In this document: positions 46,780-56,804 of the stretch, piece after piece | Numbering within the stretch: position 1 is the first letter of the stretch | How the letters are laid out: each line of letters begins with the position of its first letter | Assembly: GCA_024640465.1 (NCBI GenBank) | Contig: JAHEEX010000001.1 | Coordinates: 3,136 to 67,135 of the forward strand | Direction: 5' to 3' | DNA: 64,000 bases | From: Sphingobacteriales bacterium | GTDB lineage: Bacteria > Bacteroidota > Bacteroidia > Chitinophagales > Chitinophagaceae | Made by a program: the position numbers and the translations under genes | Notes under the pieces: model-generated | The model's database searches: none | What the model saw: only the letters and a program-made list of their open reading frames with translations | What the model was told of the DNA's origin: nothing

Positions 46780-47916
46780 ATGAGATTTCTACTTTGGTCA
46801 TGTATATTGTTTATTTCTTTTAGTTTATTATCAGGAATGCCGACAGAAAATTCGGCTGGAATGTATAATTACCCACTGGTTAAATTATTACCAAAAGATT
46901 CAATTGCGGTTCAGACTGATTCCATAATCAAAAAAATAGCACAAACCAACCATTGCCGTGTAATCGGCAAAATTTCAAGACCGGGCCTGTCAATTTTTTA
47001 TAGCGGATATGATGGAAGGAAAGGGGAGAATATAACAAACTTCAATGGACCTATTGAAATTGGTAGTTGTACCAAAATGTTTACTGCCACCTCTATCCTG
47101 CAACTGGTTGAAAAAGGAAATCTTTCTTTACAAACTAAATTGGTGGATGTACTACCAGATATTACTGCATACAGTGGACTTTCCACCATTGATGGAAAAA
47201 ACTATATGGATTCAGTCCGCATTTTCAATTTACTTAATCACTCATCTGGTTTTCCGGATTATTTCATTGATGGAAATAATGATGCTGAAATAGCGTTACA
47301 TGGAGATTCCACCCTCCGTTTTACTTACACTCAACTGCTATCCCTGGCGCAAAAAACCAATAAGCCTTATTTTATCCCTGGTAAAGGGTTTAAATATTCG
47401 AACACTAACTATATTTTGCTGGGTATGATTATTGAAAAAATTACCGGAATGAATTATAGCCAGTACATCCAGCAATACATTTTGAATCCCCTACAAATGA
47501 AACATACTTATTTCGGCTCGAGGAATCCACCCGAAAACGGAACACCAGGTCATTTTAAAGGGAAACTGGTCGTCATGCCCGCTACCCTGGCAGGGCCGGC
47601 GGGTGATATAATTTCCAACCTTGACGATATGCAAACTTTCATTCGGGCCTGGCATAATGGAATATTATTTTCCAGGTCTTCAACCATGTCTGTAGTTAAA
47701 AATGAATACTACCAACCTATGTCCGGCAATTTCATAAAATATGGATTAGGAGTAGTTAACCTTTTAGACCTGAGCCTGGGGCATGCCGGCCAAACATTTG
47801 GCTTTCAGTTTTATGCCGGAAGCACGTCAAATGGTTCCAGCTTTGTTCTTTCTATTGATGATGCTGATGTTTCAATCTGGGATCCGGCTGCATCGATCTC
47901 CGGTTTATTACAATAA
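46780..47916 (+). CDS. serine hydrolase, beta-lactamase / D-Ala-D-Ala peptidase family (S12)
   Basis: GSCTK (SxxK), LLNHSSG, FKYSNTNY (YxN), LGHAG; signal peptide. Confidence 0.9.
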   Translation: MRFLLWSCILFISFSLLSGMPTENSAGMYNYPLVKLLPKDSIAVQTDSIIKKIAQTNHCRVIGKISRPGLSIFYSGYDGRKGENITNFNGPIEIGSCTKMFTATSILQLVEKGNLSLQTKLVDVLPDITAYSGLSTIDGKNYMDSVRIFNLLNHSSGFPDYFIDGNNDAEIALHGDSTLRFTYTQLLSLAQKTNKPYFIPGKGFKYSNTNYILLGMIIEKITGMNYSQYIQQYILNPLQMKHTYFGSRNPPENGTPGHFKGKLVVMPATLAGPAGDIISNLDDMQTFIRAWHNGILFSRSSTMSVVKNEYYQPMSGNFIKYGLGVVNLLDLSLGHAGQTFGFQFYAGSTSNGSSFVLSIDDADVSIWDPAASISGLLQ

Positions 47917-47918
47917 CA

Positions 47919-48041
47919 ATGTCTTTCCTTCCGGATAAAGATGATTTTGGTATTGCCTTTGTACTCTTAAATGTAAAAAAGCATGCAGGTAGCTTTTCAA
48001 TATTACCCTGGATGAATAGTCCGGGTGAGTATCTACGTTGA
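47919..48041 (+). CDS. possible 40-aa small ORF or gene remnant
   Basis: ATG 2 nt after the hydrolase stop: MSFLPDKDDFGIAFVLLNVKKHAGSFSILPWMNSPGEYLR. Confidence 0.25.
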   Translation: MSFLPDKDDFGIAFVLLNVKKHAGSFSILPWMNSPGEYLR

Positions 48042-48263
48042 TCCCTTTGCTGTGGAAAGGAGCAGCTTAACAACGTAATTTTCTGTGCGCAATCAAACAA
48101 TTTCGAAAAAAACCAAAGTTTGAATGTTGAAAAGGGGGAGGGTTAAAAAGCACCTGAAAAATTTCCTTTCGAATAAGAAAAAGCTACATTGTGTCCATAT
48201 ATGGAATAGGCTGTCTCCCTTTATAGAGTCAGCCTATTCCATAAAACGAATAATCAGATTAAC

Positions 48264-48992
48264 TTATCCTCCTGTAATAACTTCATCAGGAATTATGTAA
48301 TGTTCATAATCATTTACGGTAATAATCCATTCACCAGAACTCCTGGTAAATTTAATACTCTTTGCTTCAGGGGCCGTCCACTCGCCATTGTTGAATATCA
48401 GGACGCGTTTCATGGCATTAGGATAAGTAACATGTACTTCTGCCTTTGAACTGGAACTGCGGATTACGCCAAAGTCAGACATGACCGATCCTTTTGGTTC
48501 ATTGCCCATCGAACTCCGAACTTTTCCGGTTGCATGATAAGGTGTACCAGGTACAAGTGCGTCGCCCTGTACGGATCCGTTTGAACCTCCTGTAACACTT
48601 ACAGTCAGCGTAAAAGTGGCTTTTGTATTGTTGCGGGCTGCACTGCGCATCAGGTAAACCCTGATAGTGTATTCTCCGCTTACACCCAGTGTACCGCCAA
48701 AACTATTGGTGCCTTCAGTCTCACCCGCATAGATGGCCTCCCCAGTAGATCCGGGAGCCAACACATTAAAATAGTTCGCGTTAATATTTGATTTCATTTT
48801 CACTTTCAACACCTGGCCTTGCTTTGCATAAACTTTGTAATCGATTGTTTGATCACCCTTTACAGAACTGTTTATGGTTGTTGACGTCTTTCCAGCCGGA
48901 AAGGTAATTTTCCTGGTTTCAATTTGGCCAATAGCCATGATGGGTAAACCAACTAATAAGGCAAGTGAGATTTTACGTACAAAAAGGTTCAT
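48264..48992 (-). CDS. PliG-like secreted protein with an extra C-terminal domain (putative g-type lysozyme inhibitor)
   Basis: Signal peptide from ATG 48992; ITFPAGKTSTTINSSVKGDQTIDY...GQ...V...S...NYFNVLAPG...SGEYTIRVYLMRSAAR is the PliG-type pattern; second domain starts DALVPGTPYHATG. Confidence 0.68.
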   Translation of the reverse strand: MNLFVRKISLALLVGLPIMAIGQIETRKITFPAGKTSTTINSSVKGDQTIDYKVYAKQGQVLKVKMKSNINANYFNVLAPGSTGEAIYAGETEGTNSFGGTLGVSGEYTIRVYLMRSAARNNTKATFTLTVSVTGGSNGSVQGDALVPGTPYHATGKVRSSMGNEPKGSVMSDFGVIRSSSSKAEVHVTYPNAMKRVLIFNNGEWTAPEAKSIKFTRSSGEWIITVNDYEHYIIPDEVITGG

Positions 48993-49157
48993 AATCATAA
49001 CTTTAAAATTGTTAAAATACAGATATTCAATTTCGCTATTCAATACTTAAAATTATAAATTTTACAACTGGCATTTACATTTTAAACATTAATACAAAAT
49101 ATACGACTATTTACATATTAATTTTGGTATTTCGTCAAATATTAAACTAAGAAATCT

Positions 49158-49205
49158 AACCGCAAAGAAGAGAAGAACCATCGTTATCCTTATTTCTTTG
49201 CGGTT
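49158..49205. repeat. AACCGCAAAG-family palindrome
   Basis: aaccgcaaagaa / ttctttgcggtt inverted repeat just upstream of tamB. Confidence 0.8.
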
Positions 49206-49226
49206 TAATCTGTATTTTTGAACCTA

Positions 49227-52200
49227 ATGGCGAACAAGGTTTATTTCACGAAAACTGCAGGTAAAATCCTGCGTTGGCTATTGTGGATATTCCTCTTTTT
49301 TTTACTCCTCATAACTTTCGCTATCCTGCTGCTCCAGACTCAATGGGGCAATAATTTACTCAAAAAAGGAGCTCAATCATACTTGCAGAAGAAATTTAAA
49401 ACCGAATTAACCATTGGAGGATTTGAACTGGATGGATTGCATAAGGTTGGCATCTATCATGTTTTATTGAGAGACCGGAAAAGGGACACGCTGGTTTCAT
49501 TCGATACGATTTCCATTAATGTAAACCTGGCAGAGCTTGCGCTGAAAAAAATTGGTATCAGTTCTGTTAATATTTCAAACCTCACTGCAAATATCTCCCG
49601 AGAACCGCAGGATAGCCTTTTCAATTACCAGTTTATTCTCGATGCTTTTGGTTCAGGCCAAAAAGAAGAAACTCCTTCTTCAGGCAGCCCCTGGGGATTT
49701 GATCTGAAAAAAGCAACATTATCCAACATATCCTTTCTGTGGGACGATAAACATACCGGTGATTATTACAAAGCAGATTTCGCAAAACTACAGCTCGACC
49801 TGAAAAAGACCGACCTGGAAAAGATGCAGTTTGAAGCAACTGCGGTCTGGCTCGATTCACTGGATACAAGAATCCGGTTGGGAGCTGCATCAGAACCTGC
49901 TACAAAAAAGGAAGGACAACCAGGAGAAAGCAGTCCATTGTTGCTCTTTTCTGATAAACTAACGTTAACAAATACACGCTTTAATCTGGATAACCCCTCA
50001 GATAGCTTATCTGTGCAAACTATTGCCGCTAACCTGACACTGACAGCAATAAAATATGATCTTGCCAGATCAATTGCCACTGGCTACCTGCTTACACTCG
50101 AAAACCACCAGACAGCTGTTGCATACCAGACAAAAAAAGAAACATTGTCCATAACAAATGAAGATGACGCTACAAATAACTCATCACCTTTTACATTAAA
50201 GCTTGACTCCATATCCCTGGTCAATAATAACATCAGCGCAAATGATGTATCTTATAAAATCACTTACAAGGATCAGTTCGACCCACGCCATATTAAAGTC
50301 GACAGCTTGCAATTACAAGCTTCGGGCATTATATATGATTCTACCGGATATAAAGCCAATATCCGCAACCTTTCCTTCCTGGAAAAAACATTCCAGGTAA
50401 AAAAATTCCAGTCAAATGCCCGCTACTCAGATACTGCTTTATCACTGGAAAACCTTGTGCTGGTGACCCCTCATAATAATGTACAGGGTTCTGCACGTAT
50501 GCAATACAAGTCGGTAGGTGAAATGATGTCATCGCCTCGTGATACTAAATTACTGGTTGATATAAAGCCATCTAAACTACGAATGGACGACTGGGCTTAT
50601 TTTGTTCCCGAGTTAAAAAAGAACGAAAATGTGAAATCACTGCTGGGAAAGGAAATAGATTTTTCTTTGCAAGCCAGGGGCAACCTTGATCAACTTAACC
50701 TGACTTCATTCCGGATAAAAACAGCAGGAAACCTTTTACAGGGAAGTGCCATGGTTAGTCATCCTACTACACCGGAAAAAATCAATGCGTCGATCAAGTT
50801 GGGCGAACTCACTACTTCCCGCAACGACCTCAAAGCACTGCTGCCACCAGGACTTATTGCAGATTCCCTCTGGCACTATATTCCGGAGAGGCTAACTGTA
50901 AAGGGTACCCTGGATGGATCCATGCAAAGTATCCGGCCAAACCTAAACCTGCAAACAAGTTTCGGCAACCTGGCCATTAAAGGTTTCCTAAACCAGCCAA
51001 CTGATAAAGTAAATGCGAATTACGACCTTAGTTTACATACAACCGGCCTTGCACTTGGACAAATTATGGAAGACAGTTCATTTGGAAATGTGGCAGGTGA
51101 TATTGCAGTTAAAGGAAGGGGATTTAACCCGGAAACGCTGAAGGCAGATATTACAGCAACCCTGCAGGAAGCGGGCATAAAAGGATATGTGTACCAGGAT
51201 ATCAACCTGAAGGGTGCCATGGACCATGGTAATGTAAATGCTACTATCGAATCACACGATCCCAATATTGACCTTGACACAGATCTGTCTTTTCATTATG
51301 TCAAAAAACTCCAGGATATAAAAGTAACATCGGACATCCGGCAGCTTGATCTGCATGCATTAGGGTTTATGGATTCCAGTTTCAGCGCAAAGGGAAAAAT
51401 TGATATTGATTTTCCGGTGTTTGATTCCGCACAGATTGAAGGTAACGGATTGTTGAAAGATATATACCTGACCTTCGGAAACAAAACATATTACCTCGAC
51501 ACATTTGATGTTAATGCTTTTCAGAAACTTGACACACAATATATAAAGCTGAATTCCACACTACTCGATGCAGAATTAAAGGGCCAGTTCAGCCTGCAGG
51601 CCATTCCCAAAACGATACAAACTATTTTTAATAATTGGCTTGTAACAGAGGGTGAGACTAAGCCATTCAGCCAACAGTTATATACAGAATTAAATGCCAG
51701 TGTACATATCCCAGACAGCCTCGCTGCTTTAATTCCCGGATTAAAAAAAGTTTCCCCTTTTGCAATCCAGGGTGGCGTTGATACCCGGACCAATCTTTTG
51801 GTTCTTTTAACCGACATTAAAGAACTGGAATATAAGGATTATCATTTCGACAGTATCCGCATATCCTTGCTGGAATATGCCTCGATGGATAGATTCACCA
51901 AAGCTCAGTTCCAGGTAGAATTTCATGAAATGACCAGCCCTTCAATTTTATTGAATTTGTCTCAACTAAGGGGTCAGATTTATAAAGGGGTAGTAAGTAC
52001 CCGACTGATGCTCTTTGATGAAAAAAATAAACCCAGGTATATTTTACCCTTGACTTATGTCAATGATCCTGAAAAGCCATATATAAGTCTTCAGGATACC
52101 ATTTTGCTCAATAAAACAAACTGGCAGGTAAATGCGGACAACCGAATTTATCTGAATCCAAAAAAACTCCAGGGCAGCCACCTCATCCTCAGACAGGGAT

Positions 52201-54215
52201 CGGAATCTATTTCCATTAATGCCAATGACAGTGATGTATCCGGTTTGCCCCTGACAGCGGAAATGCATGATTTCCACCTGGAAAGCCTGACCGGAATGCT
52301 TTTCGATGGAACTTTTTTAACCGGCATAGTCAATGGAAAATTCAGTCTTGGAAATTTTACCCCAATATCATTTGTAAGCGATCTGCATATCGACACACTA
52401 ACGTTTATGGGCAGCCGACATGGAAATCTGCATGCTGCAGTAAAAACAGGTGTCCAGGGAGAATATGATATTGATGTCAGTCTGCTTGGCGAAGGGAATG
52501 ATTTTACCGGCAAAGGGACCCTCAATACTACTTCAGGGGAAATGGATTTCAGGGTTATTATGAATCCCCTCAACCTGGAACCAATGGCACCTTTCGTATC
52601 CACTTATGTAGATTCCCTGAGTGGAGGACTTCGCGGAGACCTGTCCATAAAGGGGAGTTTCAAAGCACCGCAGATCAACGGGAAACTTCGGCTCGACAGC
52701 AGTTACCTTATCGTCAAACAGAGCGGGACACCCCTTCAAATACCTTCTGCCGGGTTACGTTTTGAAGGGGAGAATATTTTTTTCGAGGGGATGACGTTAT
52801 TGGATAGTGCAGGTCGCCCGGCAAACATAACCGGCCGTGCAAAAGCAGAAAACCTGACAGACATACAATACCAACTGAAATTACAGACAGATAAATTCCT
52901 GGTCTCCGGAAGGAAAAGATATGAGGAACAATTGGTGTCCGGGCCGCTCTATGCCGGAATGGAGCTTAACATCAAAGGAGATTTAACGGAGGCAAAAATT
53001 AATGGCAGTGTAAGTGTCCTGGATAGTTCATTGATTACTTATGTTTATCAACAATCCGATAAAGGTTCCAGGGGCGAAGGTATAATTGAGTTTTTTGATC
53101 CTTCGAAAATGCAAGACCAGGATACCCTGGCCCTTCAGGCCAAAGCAAACCCAAAATCCAAGTTCCAGCTTGACATCAATACCACCATAAACATCACTCC
53201 AAAATCAACCATTATCATTGTACTGGATGAATTAACAGGAGATCAGTTTACCGTTCAGGGAAACGCCAACCTGAATTTCTCCATGGCCCCGGGTGGAGAG
53301 ATGGAACTGGTTGGAAATTATCAGGTGGAAAGCGGAAAGTATAATATGACCCTGGCCGGTTTGATTAAAAAAGATTTTGAGATCAACAAAGGGAGCAATA
53401 TCACCTGGAGCGGAGATCTGCTGGAAGCAACTACCAACCTGACAGCTGTATATAAAGTCAAAACAGATGCGGAGGAATTGATTCAGGATATGCAGTCGGC
53501 ATCAGGTGCAAGCAAACAGAAATTTGATTTTGAAGTGGATATGATGATCAAAGGAGAACTCATGAAACCCGCCATCTCCTTCCAAATTGACATGCCTGAA
53601 AAAGAACAGGGAGCATTTGACGGTATCGTATACACGAGATTGAAGCAGGTCAACTCCATTCCTTCAGAACTCAATAAACAGGTCATGGGCCTGCTCGCAC
53701 TGAATAGTTTTATTGCAGACAATCCATTCAATAGCCTGGTGGGCTCTGGCGGAAATTTTGAAACAGAAGCTTTCAGCACAGCCGGAAGGTTATTAACACA
53801 GGAACTAAATGATTTCATTGGCAGTGTTGTAAAAGACGTAGACATTGATGTAGGACTGGATATCCGGGATGATTACACAACCGGCTCAGCCCAAAGGAAA
53901 TCAGATCTCAAAGTAGGCATCGCCAAATCATTTGCCAACAGCAGGCTGAATGTTTATGTGGGCAACACTTTTGCATTGGAGAACCAAAACCAGGACCAGG
54001 ATTTATTAAGCGGACTGGCAGGTGATGTAACCCTTGAATATATGCTGACATCAGACGGCAAATACCGAATAAAAGGATACAGGGAAACACAGGATGACCT
54101 GACATTTAATGGAACGGTTATTGAAACGGGTGTTTCATTTGTAGTAGTAGTTGAGTTCAATAAATTCAAAAATGCATTCAGGATTAAAAAGAACAAAAAG
54201 AAAACAGGTACTTGA
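49227..54215 (+). CDS. tamB: translocation/assembly module TamB (AsmA-like) protein
   Basis: N-terminal TM (LLQTQWGNN), ~1600 aa beta-taco, C-terminal G.Y....G.Y, I.W.GD, LNKQV..LL DUF490-like region; 4-nt overlap with the downstream Omp85 gene. Confidence 0.85.
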   Translation: MANKVYFTKTAGKILRWLLWIFLFFLLLITFAILLLQTQWGNNLLKKGAQSYLQKKFKTELTIGGFELDGLHKVGIYHVLLRDRKRDTLVSFDTISINVNLAELALKKIGISSVNISNLTANISREPQDSLFNYQFILDAFGSGQKEETPSSGSPWGFDLKKATLSNISFLWDDKHTGDYYKADFAKLQLDLKKTDLEKMQFEATAVWLDSLDTRIRLGAASEPATKKEGQPGESSPLLLFSDKLTLTNTRFNLDNPSDSLSVQTIAANLTLTAIKYDLARSIATGYLLTLENHQTAVAYQTKKETLSITNEDDATNNSSPFTLKLDSISLVNNNISANDVSYKITYKDQFDPRHIKVDSLQLQASGIIYDSTGYKANIRNLSFLEKTFQVKKFQSNARYSDTALSLENLVLVTPHNNVQGSARMQYKSVGEMMSSPRDTKLLVDIKPSKLRMDDWAYFVPELKKNENVKSLLGKEIDFSLQARGNLDQLNLTSFRIKTAGNLLQGSAMVSHPTTPEKINASIKLGELTTSRNDLKALLPPGLIADSLWHYIPERLTVKGTLDGSMQSIRPNLNLQTSFGNLAIKGFLNQPTDKVNANYDLSLHTTGLALGQIMEDSSFGNVAGDIAVKGRGFNPETLKADITATLQEAGIKGYVYQDINLKGAMDHGNVNATIESHDPNIDLDTDLSFHYVKKLQDIKVTSDIRQLDLHALGFMDSSFSAKGKIDIDFPVFDSAQIEGNGLLKDIYLTFGNKTYYLDTFDVNAFQKLDTQYIKLNSTLLDAELKGQFSLQAIPKTIQTIFNNWLVTEGETKPFSQQLYTELNASVHIPDSLAALIPGLKKVSPFAIQGGVDTRTNLLVLLTDIKELEYKDYHFDSIRISLLEYASMDRFTKAQFQVEFHEMTSPSILLNLSQLRGQIYKGVVSTRLMLFDEKNKPRYILPLTYVNDPEKPYISLQDTILLNKTNWQVNADNRIYLNPKKLQGSHLILRQGSESISINANDSDVSGLPLTAEMHDFHLESLTGMLFDGTFLTGIVNGKFSLGNFTPISFVSDLHIDTLTFMGSRHGNLHAAVKTGVQGEYDIDVSLLGEGNDFTGKGTLNTTSGEMDFRVIMNPLNLEPMAPFVSTYVDSLSGGLRGDLSIKGSFKAPQINGKLRLDSSYLIVKQSGTPLQIPSAGLRFEGENIFFEGMTLLDSAGRPANITGRAKAENLTDIQYQLKLQTDKFLVSGRKRYEEQLVSGPLYAGMELNIKGDLTEAKINGSVSVLDSSLITYVYQQSDKGSRGEGIIEFFDPSKMQDQDTLALQAKANPKSKFQLDINTTINITPKSTIIIVLDELTGDQFTVQGNANLNFSMAPGGEMELVGNYQVESGKYNMTLAGLIKKDFEINKGSNITWSGDLLEATTNLTAVYKVKTDAEELIQDMQSASGASKQKFDFEVDMMIKGELMKPAISFQIDMPEKEQGAFDGIVYTRLKQVNSIPSELNKQVMGLLALNSFIADNPFNSLVGSGGNFETEAFSTAGRLLTQELNDFIGSVVKDVDIDVGLDIRDDYTTGSAQRKSDLKVGIAKSFANSRLNVYVGNTFALENQNQDQDLLSGLAGDVTLEYMLTSDGKYRIKGYRETQDDLTFNGTVIETGVSFVVVVEFNKFKNAFRIKKNKKKTGT

Positions 54216-56509
54216 AAAATATAAAATTCCATAATAAATATCTGTCGGTTTATTTCCTGATCATTTCGGTTATTGGTATGAGTTGTAATGCCACTAAAAA
54301 TATCCCGGAGGGTGATTATTTATACAAAGGGGTGAAATGGGAAACAAAGGAAGGTAAGATTGATAAGGATATTAAGTCTGATATGCAAAAAGTTGCCCGC
54401 CCAACACCAAACTCCAATATATTAGGTTTTCCTTATAAATTGATCCTGTATAATATGCTGCCTGAACCTAAAAAGCAAAAGGGTTTATTATACAAGATGA
54501 AATATAAATGGGGAGAAAAACCGGTACTTCTGAGCCAGGTAAAACCATTTATTGTAGAAACCAAACTGGCCGACTACTTATTTAACTTCGGGTACTTCAG
54601 GCCGGAAATTGCACATGAACAGGTGCTGAAAAAAAAGGAGGCCTGGATCAAATATCAAATAAAACCCAATACCCGGTATACGATCAGGGATATCTATTAC
54701 CCGCAGGACAGTGCACATTTATCGGCAAGGATCAGGACGATTGCACCCCAAACTTTATTAAAAAAAGGAGATTATGTAAACCTGGAAACATTGGAAGCGG
54801 AGCGGCACAGGATTGATGAATATGTAAAAAATCGCGGCTACTTTTTTTTCAACCCGGATTTCCTCTTGTATCGGGTGGATACATTGCATACCGGGCAGGC
54901 AGATATATACTATACTGTTAAAGAGGAGACCAGCGAGCGTGCCAGGTCTACATGGCAGATAGGAAAAATATCGGTATATGGAAATTATTCACTTAGCAAG
55001 GATTCCAGTATCATGAAACAAAAGGGTAAAAGGGAAGAAAAATTCACTTTGATTGATAACAGGGACCGCTATAAAGCTGAAGTATATGAACGTGCTTTGC
55101 TGATCAAAGAGAATCAACTATACCGGAAAAACCTGCATTACCTGAGTATTGAAAGATTGATGAATCTCAATACATTTAAGTTTGTAAAAATTGGTTTTAC
55201 GCCTGATACTTCAGACAACAAAAATTTGCTGAATACGAATGTTTATGTAACGCCAATGAAAAAAAATACGCTTCGCCTGGAAGCGGCAGCCAGTGGAAAG
55301 ACGGGCAATTATTTAGGTTCGGAACTCAGTGTGAAACTCCGTAATGTTAATGTGGCAAAAGGGGCTGAAATTTTGGATTTCAAGATCAGTGGAGGTTTTG
55401 ATATCCAGGTTGGCGGAAAACAAACTCAATCGGGTAATGCGTATACATTGCAGGGTGAACTCTCTTATTATTTACCACGAATAATCCCTAAAGTAAAAAT
55501 TAAAACCGGGGTGAATTCTTTTATTCCCCGAACCGGATTTACAATTGGAGGAGAATTTTTACAAAGACCGGAACTCTATACTCAACGAACACTTAAGGCC
55601 AGCATGGAATATGTTTGGAAGTATAGAAAAACAACTGAACATACACTACGGCCTATCCGGGTACAATCCATCGACCCCAGCAATACTACGCCTAAATTCG
55701 ACAGCATCCTGGCCGAAGATATTTCCCTGCGGGCTTCCTTTGAAAAGCAACTAATTCTTGGCAGCCAGTACCAGTATTTCTATACCAACACTTTCAGGGA
55801 GAATAAACGGTTTACATTTTCTGCGAAGTTTAATGTAGGTGCATCCGGAAACATATACAGTCTTCTGGCCAAACCCAATGTAGATACCCCCGGGGCAATA
55901 AAAATATTTAATATTCCCGTTTCACAGTTTGTTCGTTTGGAGGCAGACTTGCGTGGGTATCTAAAGTTATCTGATAAACTAATATTAGCTAACCGGGTAC
56001 TTGCCGGCACCGCTATTGCTTATGGCAACAGTCTGATAGCACCATATGCCGAGCAGTTTTTCATAGGCGGCAGCAGCAGTATCCGCGCATTCAGGATCCG
56101 CACACTTGGACCCGGCAGTTATCATTCAGATGAAAGTGTTTACCAGGCCAATGAATCCGGGGATATCAAATTTGAAGCCAATACAGAACTGAGATATAAC
56201 ATGGGCAAGTACCTGGGATTTGCCGGTTTCATAGATGCAGGGAATATCTGGCTCAGAAAAGAAACCCCGGATAAGCCTGGCAGTGGTTTGCAGGGTAGCG
56301 ACTTTTTCAATGAGATGGCTGTTGGTATGGGCGCCGGCGTAAGGCTTGATTTCTCCGTATTATTAATCCGTTTTGATTTTTCCATCCCGCTGCGCAAACC
56401 CTGGTATCCGGAAGGCAACAGATGGGTCTTAAATGAAATTAATTTCGGTGATAAAGAATGGAGAAAGGATAACCTGATACTGAGTATCGGAATCGGTTAT
56501 CCGTTCTAG
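54212..56509 (+). CDS. Omp85 family outer-membrane protein, lipidated TamA-like (TamL)
   Basis: Lipobox IGMSC; POTRA-like region; FFIGGSSSIRAF (VRGF-like loop), GAGVRLD...IRFD, IGYPF terminus. Confidence 0.88.
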   Translation: MKNIKFHNKYLSVYFLIISVIGMSCNATKNIPEGDYLYKGVKWETKEGKIDKDIKSDMQKVARPTPNSNILGFPYKLILYNMLPEPKKQKGLLYKMKYKWGEKPVLLSQVKPFIVETKLADYLFNFGYFRPEIAHEQVLKKKEAWIKYQIKPNTRYTIRDIYYPQDSAHLSARIRTIAPQTLLKKGDYVNLETLEAERHRIDEYVKNRGYFFFNPDFLLYRVDTLHTGQADIYYTVKEETSERARSTWQIGKISVYGNYSLSKDSSIMKQKGKREEKFTLIDNRDRYKAEVYERALLIKENQLYRKNLHYLSIERLMNLNTFKFVKIGFTPDTSDNKNLLNTNVYVTPMKKNTLRLEAAASGKTGNYLGSELSVKLRNVNVAKGAEILDFKISGGFDIQVGGKQTQSGNAYTLQGELSYYLPRIIPKVKIKTGVNSFIPRTGFTIGGEFLQRPELYTQRTLKASMEYVWKYRKTTEHTLRPIRVQSIDPSNTTPKFDSILAEDISLRASFEKQLILGSQYQYFYTNTFRENKRFTFSAKFNVGASGNIYSLLAKPNVDTPGAIKIFNIPVSQFVRLEADLRGYLKLSDKLILANRVLAGTAIAYGNSLIAPYAEQFFIGGSSSIRAFRIRTLGPGSYHSDESVYQANESGDIKFEANTELRYNMGKYLGFAGFIDAGNIWLRKETPDKPGSGLQGSDFFNEMAVGMGAGVRLDFSVLLIRFDFSIPLRKPWYPEGNRWVLNEINFGDKEWRKDNLILSIGIGYPF

Positions 56510-56560
56510 TTATATCTTTGCATTATTCGTTTCTACCATAATACTTAAATCTCAAAATTT

Positions 56561-56659
56561 ATTTCACGCAAAGGCACAAAGTAAAAGAAAAAAGACGCGA
56601 AAAAATATTTCATATTAAAAACTTTGCGGATTTTTAATCTTTGCGCCTTTGCGTGAAAT
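56561..56659. repeat. CGCAAAGGCGCAAAG-type long palindrome between convergent genes
   Basis: atttcacgcaaaggcacaaag (56561-56581) / ctttgcgcctttgcgtgaaat (56639-56659). Confidence 0.85.
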
Positions 56660-56804
56660 ATTTCTCTTTGAGGCGAGGCATTACTTTGTAAACAAGAAAT
56701 AAAATAAAAAAACCTCGGACTGTTTTTCTGTGTCTATTTTACTCCGTATCAAATAGTTATTTTATTCGAAACATTGAACCCCTATACATCACTTTGCGGT
56801 TAAC

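Noticed and set aside
47852-48100. 82-aa minus-strand ORF from the track
   Set aside because: It overlaps the hydrolase 3' end on the opposite strand, has no recognisable motif or leader, and competes with the plus-strand micro-ORF.
37010-49205. Integron cassette array (TAAC...GTTA-ended palindromes after island genes resemble attC sites)
   Set aside because: Ends do not consistently fit RYYYAAC/GTTRRRY, the same elements flank housekeeping genes (purQ, metG), gene orientation is mixed, and no integrase is in the window.
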